From contig JAZKFU010000008.1 of NCBI GenBank assembly GCA_040386275.1, positions 6,853 through 70,852 of the forward strand: DNA of 64,000 nucleotides, written 5' to 3'. Of this stretch, positions 20,750 to 30,256 are shown one piece after another. The stretch is from Patescibacteria group bacterium (GTDB taxonomy: Bacteria > Patescibacteriota > Minisyncoccia > Phycocordibacterales > UBA918). The notes under the pieces were generated by a model. It was not told the origin of the DNA and did no database searches. It saw only the letters and a program-made list of their open reading frames with translations. The first letter of the stretch is position 1, and each line of letters opens with the position of its first letter. The translations under genes were made by a program, and so were the position numbers.

Positions 20750-21616
20750 CTAGCTACCCTCTGGAATCACTCCCGGATCATACGTTTCGCTGGCGCCTTC
20801 TCCGCGCTCACTCGCAAATAAATATGAGTCTACGGCAATGGCTTGGCGTGCCCGCATTATGAAGTTTATTGCTTCCGCAAATTTTCCATCAGAAATTGAT
20901 TCTCCGGCATCATCAATACGGGTTAACGCGAGACGTTGCGCGCGAGAATTTTGGGCCACCGTTTTGATTTCTTCTCCGACGAGGTTAATTTGCTCACCGA
21001 TAAATGCACTCACAATAGCGGAGTCCGTCGTGCTGGCAAATTTTTCAATTTCAGATTGTAGACTGTCTTGACTGAGGTTTTGAATATCACCACTGTAGTC
21101 TTTGATAGAATCAAATTCTTCCCAGTCATCAGTGAGAGTTTCAAAGGCACGGGTGGTATTCGTGATGCTTGCTAAAGAGTTAATTTTCTCTTGAGCAGAT
21201 AATGAGTTAGTGTTTTGAATAATCCAGACACTATCAGCGGTGTGTTGTTGGGTTAGACTCGCTAATCTATCGAGAGTTTGGGGAGTGGTGGTACTTTGGT
21301 CACTGTAGAGCGTTAAAAGTTCAGCTACTCGCTTCTGTAACAGGGAAGAGGTGTACTCTAACTTGCTATCATCGGATAATTTAGTAGAGCGAATAAACGG
21401 TTCAACTACATTAGTTTTAAAACCGTACAATTTTTGTTCGGGTGTACTCTTTTCAGATAAGACAGCAAGCGTAACACCGCCCAAAATAAGGGCAGTAACA
21501 ACACCTAAAAGACCTAATCCAAGGTATTTTTTGTTACTATTAAATGAATAAGGCTTTAATTTGGTTTGATCATGAACCGTTTGTGGGGGTTCGTTTGAAT
21601 TTGAAAGTGGGGGCAT
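20750..21616 (-). CDS. Membrane-anchored helical protein (DUF5667-like)
   Basis: TM then S.P...LY..K..V.E motif. Confidence 0.6.
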   Translation of the reverse strand: MPPLSNSNEPPQTVHDQTKLKPYSFNSNKKYLGLGLLGVVTALILGGVTLAVLSEKSTPEQKLYGFKTNVVEPFIRSTKLSDDSKLEYTSSLLQKRVAELLTLYSDQSTTTPQTLDRLASLTQQHTADSVWIIQNTNSLSAQEKINSLASITNTTRAFETLTDDWEEFDSIKDYSGDIQNLSQDSLQSEIEKFASTTDSAIVSAFIGEQINLVGEEIKTVAQNSRAQRLALTRIDDAGESISDGKFAEAINFIMRARQAIAVDSYLFASERGEGASETYDPGVIPEGS

Positions 21617-21723
21617 AGGTTAATTATATAGCGAACAAAGGGGCATGTATATATTGCCGTTTTGGCACCAGATTTCTTACGAGAATTTTTCTAGAGACAA
21701 TATAACTGGTATACTGTAAACCT

Positions 21724-22254
21724 ATGCATCACATTTGTATTCGTTTGTTCTTTGTTGTTATTATTCTATTCTCATTACAGGTCCATACCGCAGAAACAGC
21801 TTCGGCCGCTACTGCGACCAGTACTCCGACTGTTATGACCACTCATGATGCGGTAGCGGTGGAAAAAAGAGTCCGTGAATATTTTGCGGATATTCCGGTT
21901 ATGATTGAAATTGCGCGCTGTGAATCAAAGTTTCGGCAGTTTACAGATAGCGGTTCGGTATTACGCGGAGGAGGCAATGCTGGCATGGTCGGCATTTTTC
22001 AGTTTTACGAAATAATTCACAAAAAAGCGGCGCTTGCGTTAGGGTTTGATATCGATACAGTTGAAGGTAACTTGGGCTACGCACGACATCTCTACACGCA
22101 GTCGGGTCATACACCCTGGGCATCATGTGTGCCTGACGTGATTCCTGTAGCCACCACTTTGTCTACCGCGAACAAAGAATTACAAATTAAACTGCTAACC
22201 CAAGTACTCGGATTATTACAAGAATTGCTTAAGATGGAGTTAGCTAGACGATAG
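21724..22254 (+). CDS. Secreted lysozyme/transglycosylase-like protein
   Basis: IARCES..RQ, G.FQ, N..YA..LY..G..PW. Confidence 0.75.
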   Translation: MHHICIRLFFVVIILFSLQVHTAETASAATATSTPTVMTTHDAVAVEKRVREYFADIPVMIEIARCESKFRQFTDSGSVLRGGGNAGMVGIFQFYEIIHKKAALALGFDIDTVEGNLGYARHLYTQSGHTPWASCVPDVIPVATTLSTANKELQIKLLTQVLGLLQELLKMELARR

Positions 22255-22324
22255 TTAGAAATTTTATTATAGATACGCCGCCGAACACAAAATGTGTTAG
22301 GCGGCGTTGCATGTGTGTGAGGCT

Positions 22325-22870
22325 TTAGGCGTGCATTTTATGGCGCGCGCAAGCCACATTTTGTTCGTACTCTTCACGGGTGAAGGTTCTTGGGGGGTTC
22401 AATCTTTCGAGAAAGAGAATGCCATCGAGGTGATCTTGCTCGTGTTGGCAGACTCGGGCTAGAAAACCTCTAAAGGTTTCCCGTACTCGTTTACCTTGGC
22501 GATTGGTGAAGGCCATGGTGACCGTTGCGTGTCGGGGGACTAACCCGTAAGTGTCCGGAATGCTCAGGCAGGATTCCCAGTCGGTAACCTTCCTCTTTGA
22601 TCGTCTGAGAATAACAGGATTGATCATTGCGGTTGGTTCGCGCGTGGGAGCGTCGGGGTAGAGGGGGCAGGGTTTTGAGGAGATAATGAAGATTCTCCGA
22701 TCCTCATTTACCTGCGGTCCAGCTATCCCAAGGCCATGTGCGTTCTGGTAGGTCTCAATCATATCGTCGATGAGTTTCTGAATAACAGGGTCATCGACCG
22801 CTTCAACTTCGTGGGCTTCCTCGGTGAGGATTGGATGCCCGATTTTTACGATGGGCAGCACGTTGGGCAT
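22325..22870 (-). CDS. def: Peptide deformylase (second copy)
   Basis: GLGIAGPQ, ESCLS, QHEQDHLDG; AAGGAGG SD before ATG 22870. Confidence 0.92.
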   Translation of the reverse strand: MPNVLPIVKIGHPILTEEAHEVEAVDDPVIQKLIDDMIETYQNAHGLGIAGPQVNEDRRIFIISSKPCPLYPDAPTREPTAMINPVILRRSKRKVTDWESCLSIPDTYGLVPRHATVTMAFTNRQGKRVRETFRGFLARVCQHEQDHLDGILFLERLNPPRTFTREEYEQNVACARHKMHA

Positions 22871-23196
22871 GATGCCCTCCTTTGAATTTGAATGATGGGG
22901 AACTGTTTCTGTAACTATCTTACAATTTGTTACTAACAAATACAAGCAATTGTACACACAAGTAGTTAACTAGGTTAAGATATTCGAAACGCAGCATGTC
23001 AACATACATTTCTACTATAATAATGAAATATAGGTTCAACCTGAATCTTAGAGACTTCGATTACTGTGCTAATCGCTGGGTAGGTTGGCTTTTTGGTCAT
23101 GGCTAACTCCTGTTAAGAACATCTACAATGTATAACGTACAAAATTAAAGTTTATTTCGGAAACTGATTTAATTAATACAAAAACTAACGTAAGAA

Positions 23197-23622
23197 TTAT
23201 TTTTCCGGAGAAAATTCAATTATCCACTCAATGCCGTATTTATCTCGGAACATTCCCGCATAGCTACCCCAAGGACTATCTCCCATTGCACCTTCAACTG
23301 AACCGTCAATTGAAAGTCCAGAAAATATTCTGTCAGCTTCTTCTTTGCTGTCGGTCTGAAGTGAAATTTTACTTCGGTTTTCGTTTTCACTCACCGTGCC
23401 CATAAACTCGGGAACGTCGTTCCCAATCAGTAGCGTATTACCGATAGGGAGGGCAATGTACATAATCTTGTTCTCCTCGCTTTCAGGAATCGTGACTTCG
23501 TCACTTGCTAAATCTTTAAAACGAATAATTTTAGTAAATTCACCACCAAAAACAGATTGGTAAAAGGTAAAGGCTTCAAATGCATTACCGTTAAAATTAA
23601 TCCAAGGGTGTATTGTTGTCAT
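23197..23622 (-). CDS. VOC/PhnB family protein
   Basis: P.INFNGNA.EA..FY..VFG, WG..G..RDKYGI.W. Confidence 0.9.
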   Translation of the reverse strand: MTTIHPWINFNGNAFEAFTFYQSVFGGEFTKIIRFKDLASDEVTIPESEENKIMYIALPIGNTLLIGNDVPEFMGTVSENENRSKISLQTDSKEEADRIFSGLSIDGSVEGAMGDSPWGSYAGMFRDKYGIEWIIEFSPEK

Positions 23623-23646
23623 GGATTAATTTTACCACACTGTAAT

Positions 23647-24222
23647 TTAGGTTGATATGTAGGAGGCTATTGCAAGTTTAATTTCAGAATACGTCATATC
23701 ATCGGCATAATCAGTGCCATAGTGCACTTTTATAATGGTACCGTCAGAATCAATCAAAAACTGTGCGGGCACAAGCGTCACACTCCCATCAACTTCAGGT
23801 TGCTTGTAGTGGAGCTTGTACGACGAATATATCCATTCAGGAAGTTTTCTAAGAGACGTGAAATACTTAAGAGCACTTTCCTCAACTCCATATAATCCAT
23901 AGATTATTTTGTCGGGATCTGGAACCAGGTTGAATGGAGGTTTTACATCATGTCGGTTAATGACATTTTTCACGATATCTTCCTGTTTTGATTGCACGAA
24001 ACAAACGACTTTAACTCCTTGTGATTCTAATTCAGGCGCCATTTCGGTCAACCTATAGATTGCAAGATTACACCAGGGACACCCTGAGTATCTAAAAAAA
24101 GAAAGTAAGATTTTCTTCCCGTTATCTTTATTGATTTCTACTTTTCCACCGTTAATATCGACCACTGAAAAATATGGAGCTACATCTCCATCTTTAAGTT
24201 TCGGCGCTTCTTGCTTTGCCAT
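23647..24222 (-). CDS. AhpC/TSA-like redoxin
   Basis: GD.AP.F, FFRYSGCPWC, PAQFLID..G.I. Confidence 0.85.
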   Translation of the reverse strand: MAKQEAPKLKDGDVAPYFSVVDINGGKVEINKDNGKKILLSFFRYSGCPWCNLAIYRLTEMAPELESQGVKVVCFVQSKQEDIVKNVINRHDVKPPFNLVPDPDKIIYGLYGVEESALKYFTSLRKLPEWIYSSYKLHYKQPEVDGSVTLVPAQFLIDSDGTIIKVHYGTDYADDMTYSEIKLAIASYIST

Positions 24223-24376
24223 AGGTATTATAATAGCAAATTAAATAGGGGATAGCGGGAGTTATTATTGTATATGCTCTATGGAGGGATGATTTTAGGT
24301 TAATGGTAATGGGGGCGACTGAGCATATAAAAAGAAAGAGGTCAGCAAAACTTGCTGACCTCTTGCGCTTGGCGCC

Positions 24377-24793
24377 TTAATGACCCTGAAACACCAGTTC
24401 CCGGTATTCATAAGCGAGGACATCAACAGGTGGCTCTTCGATCGCCTTGTGTCGAACAAAGAGAACACCATTCCGTAGAAGCATGTTTGGCCCTGCGCTA
24501 CCCAGGTAGCGTCCGAACGAACCCACAACAGCGCCTGACTTAGCAAAGGCCTTACAAAGCTCGACAAGCAACTCTGTCGGCTTGTCGTCTTCGGAAATAT
24601 ACTTTTCAATCTGACCATCTACATCAATGTGGACTGTGCTGTGGTCAGAGCAATTCAGCACCTTGCTTTTATCACCCATCAGGTTAAGAACAAGAAAAGG
24701 TTGCTTGAACGGCAAAGGATTATCTGCATTTGCAGACATATGCGGATTGAACCGCATCATAATTCTTGCCATAAAGTCTGCTGCATCGGTCAA
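24377..24793 (-). CDS. Orphan hypothetical protein
   Basis: TTGACA-17-TAATTT, AAGGAGG SD before TTG, terminator 24336-24365. Confidence 0.6.
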   Translation of the reverse strand: MTDAADFMARIMMRFNPHMSANADNPLPFKQPFLVLNLMGDKSKVLNCSDHSTVHIDVDGQIEKYISEDDKPTELLVELCKAFAKSGAVVGSFGRYLGSAGPNMLLRNGVLFVRHKAIEEPPVDVLAYEYRELVFQGH

Positions 24794-24877
24794 TTTAAAA
24801 TCCTCCTTGGATTGCTGGGAACAGGGTTTGAGTTCAACTAATAAATTAGAACACTAAGTGTGTTATGTCAATGTAAA

Positions 24878-25139
24878 GCTCGCAGGGCTGGATTCGAAGC
24901 TCACAGCTTCAGTACAGGTTGTCGCTCGTTTGTTTCCTTTCAGTCACAAACGTGACAGGCTACCTTTTCGAATCCTGCCGTAATTGACATTTAGTCACTT
25001 ACTCCCGGGGCAGGAATTTCGGTTGTTACACAACCAGTATCCCAATTGGTTCTTTTATTTCCTTTCAGTCATAAAAGTGCTCAATTGGGCTTCGAATCCT
25101 GACGTAAGGCACATTTAGTGCCTTACTCCCGGGGAGCAT
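24878..25139. repeat. Two tandem ~125-bp structured units built on tRNA 3'-end copies
   Basis: Both units share tttcctttcagtca and ttcgaatcctg-cgtaa-[hairpin]-ttactcccgggg. Confidence 0.75.
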
Positions 25140-25183
25140 TAAAATCAAAAACACACCCGCAGGTGTGTTTAAGATTTTATATG

Positions 25184-25506
25184 CTCCCCGGGCAGGATTC
25201 GAACCTGCGACCAATCGATTACACGTATTCATGCGTTACTGCATGGGTGGACTATATCATCACCGGTCACATTATTGTGCTGACGGTGCAAGGCGCTTCG
25301 AAAGTTTTCACTTCCTACTCCCGTTAGGGATAGTCTCTGAACCTTCAATTGGATTTCTCCAAAAGCTTGGCTGCTGATTGCCCTGGCTTGCGCCGTGGGG
25401 GTTCCAGCAATTCACCTTGTTTGCAATATCGATTTCTCGATAAGGCTGCTATTTTGAACATTGTTCAATGTTACAGTCGACTGCTCTACCGCTGAGCTAC
25501 CGAGGA
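25184..25506 (-). tRNA. tRNA-Asn(GUU), intron-containing; exons 25506-25473 and 25221-25184
   Basis: Spliced sequence TCCTCGGTAGCTCAGCGGTAGAGCAGTCGACTGT|TAATCGATTGGTCGCAGGTTCGAATCCTGCCCGGGGAG folds as a cloverleaf; CCA not encoded. Confidence 0.92.
25222..25472 (-). ncRNA. Group I self-splicing intron (251 nt, no ORF)
   Basis: P AATTGCTGGAA, Q AATCAGCAG, R GTTCAGAGACTA, S ATGATATAGTCC; exon U before the 5' splice site, terminal G. Confidence 0.92.
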
Positions 25507-25655
25507 AGGTAACTTACTTCAACTTTATCCTAATGCTTAGGGTTCATGACTCTGGTTCGCAGTCGACCAAGGTCGACCTTCTTACTTTCAACTGAGTGAA
25601 CAAAGTGGACAAAATTATTTTGTACATTTTTGAACGAGGGAAGAAAGGAAGTTTA

Positions 25656-25737
25656 CTTACAGAAGCTGTTCACTCATTGGGTATTTTTACAAAATCCCTC
25701 AATGAGTCTTGCGAACTGACATTGAGTCAGTTCTCAC
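25656..25737 (-). repeat. Structured element family B, copy 1
   Basis: GTGAGAA-hairpin-TTCGCAAGA-hairpin-TGAACAGCTTCTGTAAG. Confidence 0.8.
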
Positions 25738-25859
25738 TCTACCGCTTACGCTACCTCAGGAAGGTGGCTACTTTTTCCTTGAAAATGCTTAACAAATTCA
25801 AGTGCCTGTATTGTACAGAAAAATAGAATATATTCAATACGATGGGCGGGGAGGGGAGT

Positions 25860-26336
25860 TTAGTGGTCTTCCCGGTGTTTTTGATTATTGAGTACCACCG
25901 TTTTCATAACGGTAATAAAACCTTTAACATCAAGTGGGCCAACGCCTTTGAGCCACTGTCTACTCGCATTACGTAAGATGGGTTCAATGGTAGTAACTAG
26001 GGTTGTGCCAGCGGGAGTGATGGTTGCTAAGCGTTCGCGTTTGTCAGTAGCCCCACTTTTTATGCTAATAAGCTGGCGTGCATGGAGTCGTTTAACACGG
26101 AGCGTGACAAATGGTGCTTCAACCCCGAGTTCTTCGGAGAGATCAATTAGTTTCATACCTACCGCCTTATCATCATATAAAAGGCCTAAGATAGCCCAGT
26201 CTACACTGGTGAGCTCATACGGAGATAACACAGCGTCAGTATGCGCCTTCAGGACCCGATGGGTACGCGCCACCAATACCCCTATCTGGTAGGTGGTGAG
26301 GAGATGTTTGGAAATTAGGCGTTTAATTAAAGACAT
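25860..26336 (-). CDS. MarR family transcriptional regulator
   Basis: LT..DW.IL, L...L.V....VT, DKR.R...ITP.G; start uncertain. Confidence 0.88.
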   Translation of the reverse strand: MSLIKRLISKHLLTTYQIGVLVARTHRVLKAHTDAVLSPYELTSVDWAILGLLYDDKAVGMKLIDLSEELGVEAPFVTLRVKRLHARQLISIKSGATDKRERLATITPAGTTLVTTIEPILRNASRQWLKGVGPLDVKGFITVMKTVVLNNQKHREDH

Positions 26337-26510
26337 ACTGTAGCTTAGAACTTTACGGGAATTTAGTAAATACTTGGTATGTAATAAGTTTCCCACTGAG
26401 TCGGCATAACTTATGTTGCGTAAGTAAGTATCTTTACGTATACTAACATAAATACTTAATTAAGTTAAGTATATTACAAATTTACTACATTAAGAAATCA
26501 AGTCACTCGT

Positions 26511-27167
26511 ATGAACAATTATGTAATAGCAGCGATTGTCGGAATTCTCCTGATTGGAGGAATTATTTATGCTTCACAGCAAAATACCGGCGACATGGTA
26601 ACGATGGAAGAAAAAGCTTCAATGGAACAAGCAGCCATGGCAAAAATGGAAGCTGAAGCCCAAGCTAAAGCTGATCGAGACCAAAAAGCGCAAATGGAAG
26701 CTGAAACTGAAGCAGGAGTTATGGTGGGGGGCGCAATGATGTTGCCTTCACTTGATATTGTTGATAATGCAGTTAAAGCAGGTAATGTGACTACCGTTGT
26801 GGCAGCTGTTAAAGCGGCAGGCTTGGTAGACACCTTAAAGGGTCCTGGACCATTTACGGTATTCGCACCAACAAATGATGCGTTTGCAAAATTGCCAGCG
26901 GGAACAGTTGATACTCTGCTTAAAGCAGACATGAAAGCTGATTTAACCAGTATCCTCACGTACCACGTGGTGCCGGGACGCTACACAGCAGCTGATCTTA
27001 AGGACGGGATGACTCTCAAAACAGTTAATGGCGCTACTCTTAAAGTAAGTAATGTAAATGGGGTAGTGAAGATTAACGGGGCAGCCATGGTTGAAACGGC
27101 TGATGTGATTTCAAGTAACGGCGTAACGCACGTTATTGATACGGTGTTAATGCCTCCAAAGGCCTAA
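26511..27167 (+). CDS. Fasciclin (FAS1) domain protein
   Basis: [30 protein letters not shown]. Confidence 0.95.
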   Translation: MNNYVIAAIVGILLIGGIIYASQQNTGDMVTMEEKASMEQAAMAKMEAEAQAKADRDQKAQMEAETEAGVMVGGAMMLPSLDIVDNAVKAGNVTTVVAAVKAAGLVDTLKGPGPFTVFAPTNDAFAKLPAGTVDTLLKADMKADLTSILTYHVVPGRYTAADLKDGMTLKTVNGATLKVSNVNGVVKINGAAMVETADVISSNGVTHVIDTVLMPPKA

Positions 27168-27182
27168 CCCTCACAGCGTGAT

Positions 27183-27215
27183 AAAAAATGCGGGCTTAGA
27201 GAGCCCGCATTTTTT
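27183..27215 (+). terminator. Intrinsic terminator
   Basis: aaaaaatgcgggct-taga-gagcccgcatttttt. Confidence 0.75.
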
Positions 27216-27268
27216 GTATCACTCTGTCTATACGGTATAATGAAAGTATTAGCCACTAAGTAATTCGT

Positions 27269-27556
27269 ATGCTTAATCTCTATATTAAAACCCACTGTCC
27301 ATATTCAATTCGGGTTTTGGAGGCCAATGCTGTGATTCAAGCACCACTTACTATACTCGACATGAATGTACAGCCTGAATTAAAAAATGAATTGTTAGAG
27401 AAGGGTGGAAAAATTCAAGCGCCCTATTTAGAAGACACTGACCGCGGTGTATCAATGTACGAATCAATTGATATTATCGAGTACCTCAAGGAACACTACG
27501 GAAACGGAGAAGAGGTTACGGTAAAAAATGTCGGCAATGTCTGCCCGATTGATTAG
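27269..27556 (+). CDS. Glutaredoxin / GST-N-like protein
   Basis: CPYS, GGK.Q.PYL.D, MYES.DII.YL. Confidence 0.88.
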   Translation: MLNLYIKTHCPYSIRVLEANAVIQAPLTILDMNVQPELKNELLEKGGKIQAPYLEDTDRGVSMYESIDIIEYLKEHYGNGEEVTVKNVGNVCPID

Positions 27557-27653
27557 AAGCGGGGAAAGCGGTCTCTAAGTGGTATACTTAAGGTGTCAGT
27601 AAGTCCGGTGGTGTCAGTAAGATAAACTGTAGTTATCAGTGTAATTCTACATA

Positions 27654-28016
27654 ATGTCATTCCCAAACATTTCTTTTAAGCATTCACAAACGGAAGTAAA
27701 TTATAAACTGCAAAATATAATTACCTCCAAGTTAGCAACACTCGAACGATACATTGGTGGGAAGGGGGATAATCGGTGTGAGGTGGAGTTTTCAAAAGTT
27801 GCTCCCCATCAAAATGGAGACATCTATCGTGTTGAAGTAAATATCTGGAGTGACGGCGTGTTATACCGAGCCGCTGAAACAGCCAGCAGTTTTGAAAACG
27901 CGATCGACGCAGTGCGGAGTGCACTTGATGCTGAACTCAAGCGAGCTCGAACGCGAAAAATGAGTTTATGGCGCAAAGGAGCGAGAAAAATGAAAATGAT
28001 GATGCGCTTTGGTTAG
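27654..28016 (+). CDS. hpf: Ribosome hibernation factor HPF/RaiA
   Basis: K..L.RY, Y.VE.N, A.....F..AID. Confidence 0.8.
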   Translation: MSFPNISFKHSQTEVNYKLQNIITSKLATLERYIGGKGDNRCEVEFSKVAPHQNGDIYRVEVNIWSDGVLYRAAETASSFENAIDAVRSALDAELKRARTRKMSLWRKGARKMKMMMRFG

Positions 28017-28045
28017 AAGTAACCACGTAAAAATGATTACACCAC

Positions 28046-28088
28046 AAAAATCACCACGAGGAGGCAAGACCTCCTCGTGGTGATTTTT
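28046..28088. repeat. REP-like hairpin family C, copy 3
   Basis: aaaaatcaccacgaggagg-caaga-cctcctcgtggtgattttt. Confidence 0.65.
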
Positions 28089-28106
28089 TTGTTGTTAATT
28101 GATGGG

Positions 28107-28982
28107 TTAACGGAAGTATTGGGACCAGTCCATTTCGTTTTTTCCTTCGGGGATGATGCGAGTGATTACTAACGTGCCATCGGCTGCCAGGTTGGCGTGT
28201 TTAATTTTGATACGTTTCCCTTCGTGCATAAAAAATGTTTCAGGCCAACCATCAAACGCGCGAATAGTGCAGAGGTACTCAATGGCGGTAGTGCCTGAGG
28301 GTAGGTTATGTGGGTCAATCGCAAGTTCACTCATGCTTTTATTAATCTTGGTACAAAACGTTGCGTCGGCGTGATTTTGCTCTTGGGCGATAATTGTACC
28401 TTCAATCCAGGCCGGAATGACGGACGCTAGTAATGCACCGCCTTGACGGGCGAGACCTTCATCTAAAATTGAACCAGAAACCGGCCAGTGTTCGGCGGGA
28501 ATATTGGCAGGTAGTTGGGCAATGATGGGGCCGTGATCAAGTTCCGCATCTAGCTTCATAATCGTGACGCCGGTTTCACGGAGGTTATGTAAAATGGCAC
28601 TGCGAATGGGGCTCGCTCCTCTTAGTTTCGGTAGTAACGACGGGTGCACATTTAAAATTCCGTGCTTGGGTAACGCGAGCAACCATTCCGGGATAATTTT
28701 GCCGTAAGCAGCAACTATCATAAGGTCCCAGTCAGTTCCCGTTAATTCAGGTACTGCACGAGCGTCTTTAAGGGACGAGGGCTGGATGACAGGAACTTTG
28801 TTTTCTTCCGCCCAGGTTTTTGCTGGCGGGGGAGTAAGGATTTGTTTCCGACCGACCGGGGCATCAGGGTTCGTGACAATAAGTGCGGGTACATACCCAG
28901 CTTTTTTAAGCTCATCTAAAATTATCACCGCAATATCGGGGGTTCCAAAAAAAGCGAATTTGAGGCGACTTGTGTTTTCCAT
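28107..28982 (-). CDS. fmt: Methionyl-tRNA formyltransferase
   Basis: FFGTP, VAAYGKI, NVHPSLLP..RGASP, D.GPI. Confidence 0.97.
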   Translation of the reverse strand: MENTSRLKFAFFGTPDIAVIILDELKKAGYVPALIVTNPDAPVGRKQILTPPPAKTWAEENKVPVIQPSSLKDARAVPELTGTDWDLMIVAAYGKIIPEWLLALPKHGILNVHPSLLPKLRGASPIRSAILHNLRETGVTIMKLDAELDHGPIIAQLPANIPAEHWPVSGSILDEGLARQGGALLASVIPAWIEGTIIAQEQNHADATFCTKINKSMSELAIDPHNLPSGTTAIEYLCTIRAFDGWPETFFMHEGKRIKIKHANLAADGTLVITRIIPEGKNEMDWSQYFR

Positions 28983-29032
28983 ATATTGTCATACTATACC
29001 CGATAGAAACGTATCAGCAACAGGAGTTTGCA

Positions 29033-29410
29033 ATGTCATCACTGCAATTCATAAAAGCACCTCCACGTCCAAATCATATAGATTCACAATTGTGGGAATC
29101 TGAATGGATTGGTCTCATGGTTGGTCTGGCCTCAGTTTTTCCACGTTACATTGGCTATTTAGGTGAGGGGCACGCACGTATTTTTGATGATGCACTTAAA
29201 GTGTATCGGAATCCTATCCCAGGTGACGCAATGAATTTCATTACGAATCAGTTGATTGACCCAATGTGGGTTTCAAGGGACGCACTCATTCATACCTGTA
29301 AGTTTTCACTACCACCGCGGCCTATAATTCTCGCTTGGTTGGATGAAGAGGGTCAAATAAATCGCGAAATGTTTGCCGTCCCTCATTCGATAGCGACCTA
29401 TCTGCCCTAG
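29033..29410 (+). CDS. Orphan hypothetical protein
   Basis: CAGGAG SD before ATG 29033, terminator 29411-29439. Confidence 0.6.
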   Translation: MSSLQFIKAPPRPNHIDSQLWESEWIGLMVGLASVFPRYIGYLGEGHARIFDDALKVYRNPIPGDAMNFITNQLIDPMWVSRDALIHTCKFSLPPRPIILAWLDEEGQINREMFAVPHSIATYLP

Positions 29411-29494
29411 AAAAACCCGCACGGCAACGTGCGGGTTTTCATCTTATTAATTAACTCTATCATCAGGAAACTTAGGAAACAGTAAAATTAAATT

Positions 29495-30046
29495 TTACGT
29501 TACCAACTTTTCTTTCTCTTCTTTCTTTAATTTCTTTTTAGCTTTTTCGAGTTCGTCCTTGTGCCAGATTTCTTCGGCGCGATCGGTGAATAAAATGCCA
29601 TCAAGGTGGTCATATTCGTGTTGGATGATTTGCGCAAGTAGAGAACCGGCGCCACGTTCGTACACTTTGCCGTGTTCATCTTGAGCACGAATGGTGACGT
29701 TGGTGGACCGGCGGACAATACCGTAGTACTCAGGAATTGAAAGGCAGCCTTCGCCCACTTCATGTGTCTTTTTTGAATACTTCACAATTACGGGATTGAT
29801 GGCAATGAGAGACGGTAAGGCGTCACGATCTTTACTTTGGTCTTCAATCAGGAAAATACGCTTACTGACACCAATTTGCGGAGCAGCAATGGCTACTGCG
29901 GTGTATCCGTCTACTTTGTAAGTATGAAGCGCAGACCGCATATCTTTTAAGATTTTAGCAACCGTGCCATCAGAAAATTCTCCCGAAGTAATTTCTTCGG
30001 CAATGGTATGGAGGGCAGGGTGATTTTCGGGTACGAGCTTGGCCAT
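29495..30046 (-). CDS. def: Peptide deformylase
   Basis: AIAAPQIG, EGCLS, QHEYDHLDG; likely start MAKLV. Confidence 0.95.
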   Translation of the reverse strand: MAKLVPENHPALHTIAEEITSGEFSDGTVAKILKDMRSALHTYKVDGYTAVAIAAPQIGVSKRIFLIEDQSKDRDALPSLIAINPVIVKYSKKTHEVGEGCLSIPEYYGIVRRSTNVTIRAQDEHGKVYERGAGSLLAQIIQHEYDHLDGILFTDRAEEIWHKDELEKAKKKLKKEEKEKLVT

Positions 30047-30256
30047 AATTAATGAGCGTACTATAGCGTATTTACAGAGAAAAATGAAGTAAAACAACCA
30101 CTGCCAGGTGGTATGTTTTTACTTCGTTTCCGATTGGTCCTCCTCAAGTAAATCGCTGGAACTTAAACTCTCAGTGAGGGCAAAATCACCCAAGTCAAAA
30201 GGTTCTGCTTAGTTAGTAAAAACCGCGCAACCAAAATTGATGCGCGGCGATACTGA

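Noticed and set aside
22999-23100. 33-codon minus-strand ORF with CAGGAG SD
   Set aside because: Too short, with no recognisable motif; possibly a decayed orphan cassette but unsupported.
25118-25377. ORF-track entries over the tRNA and intron (possible homing endonuclease)
   Set aside because: They are short and antisense to the tRNA, with no LAGLIDADG, HNH or GIY-YIG motif.
30148-30210. Sequence faintly resembling group I P/Q/R motifs (aaatcgctggaac..gcaaaatca..ccaag..aaggttc)
   Set aside because: No S element or proper pairings, and the minus strand reads like a protein C-terminal remnant; probably chance.
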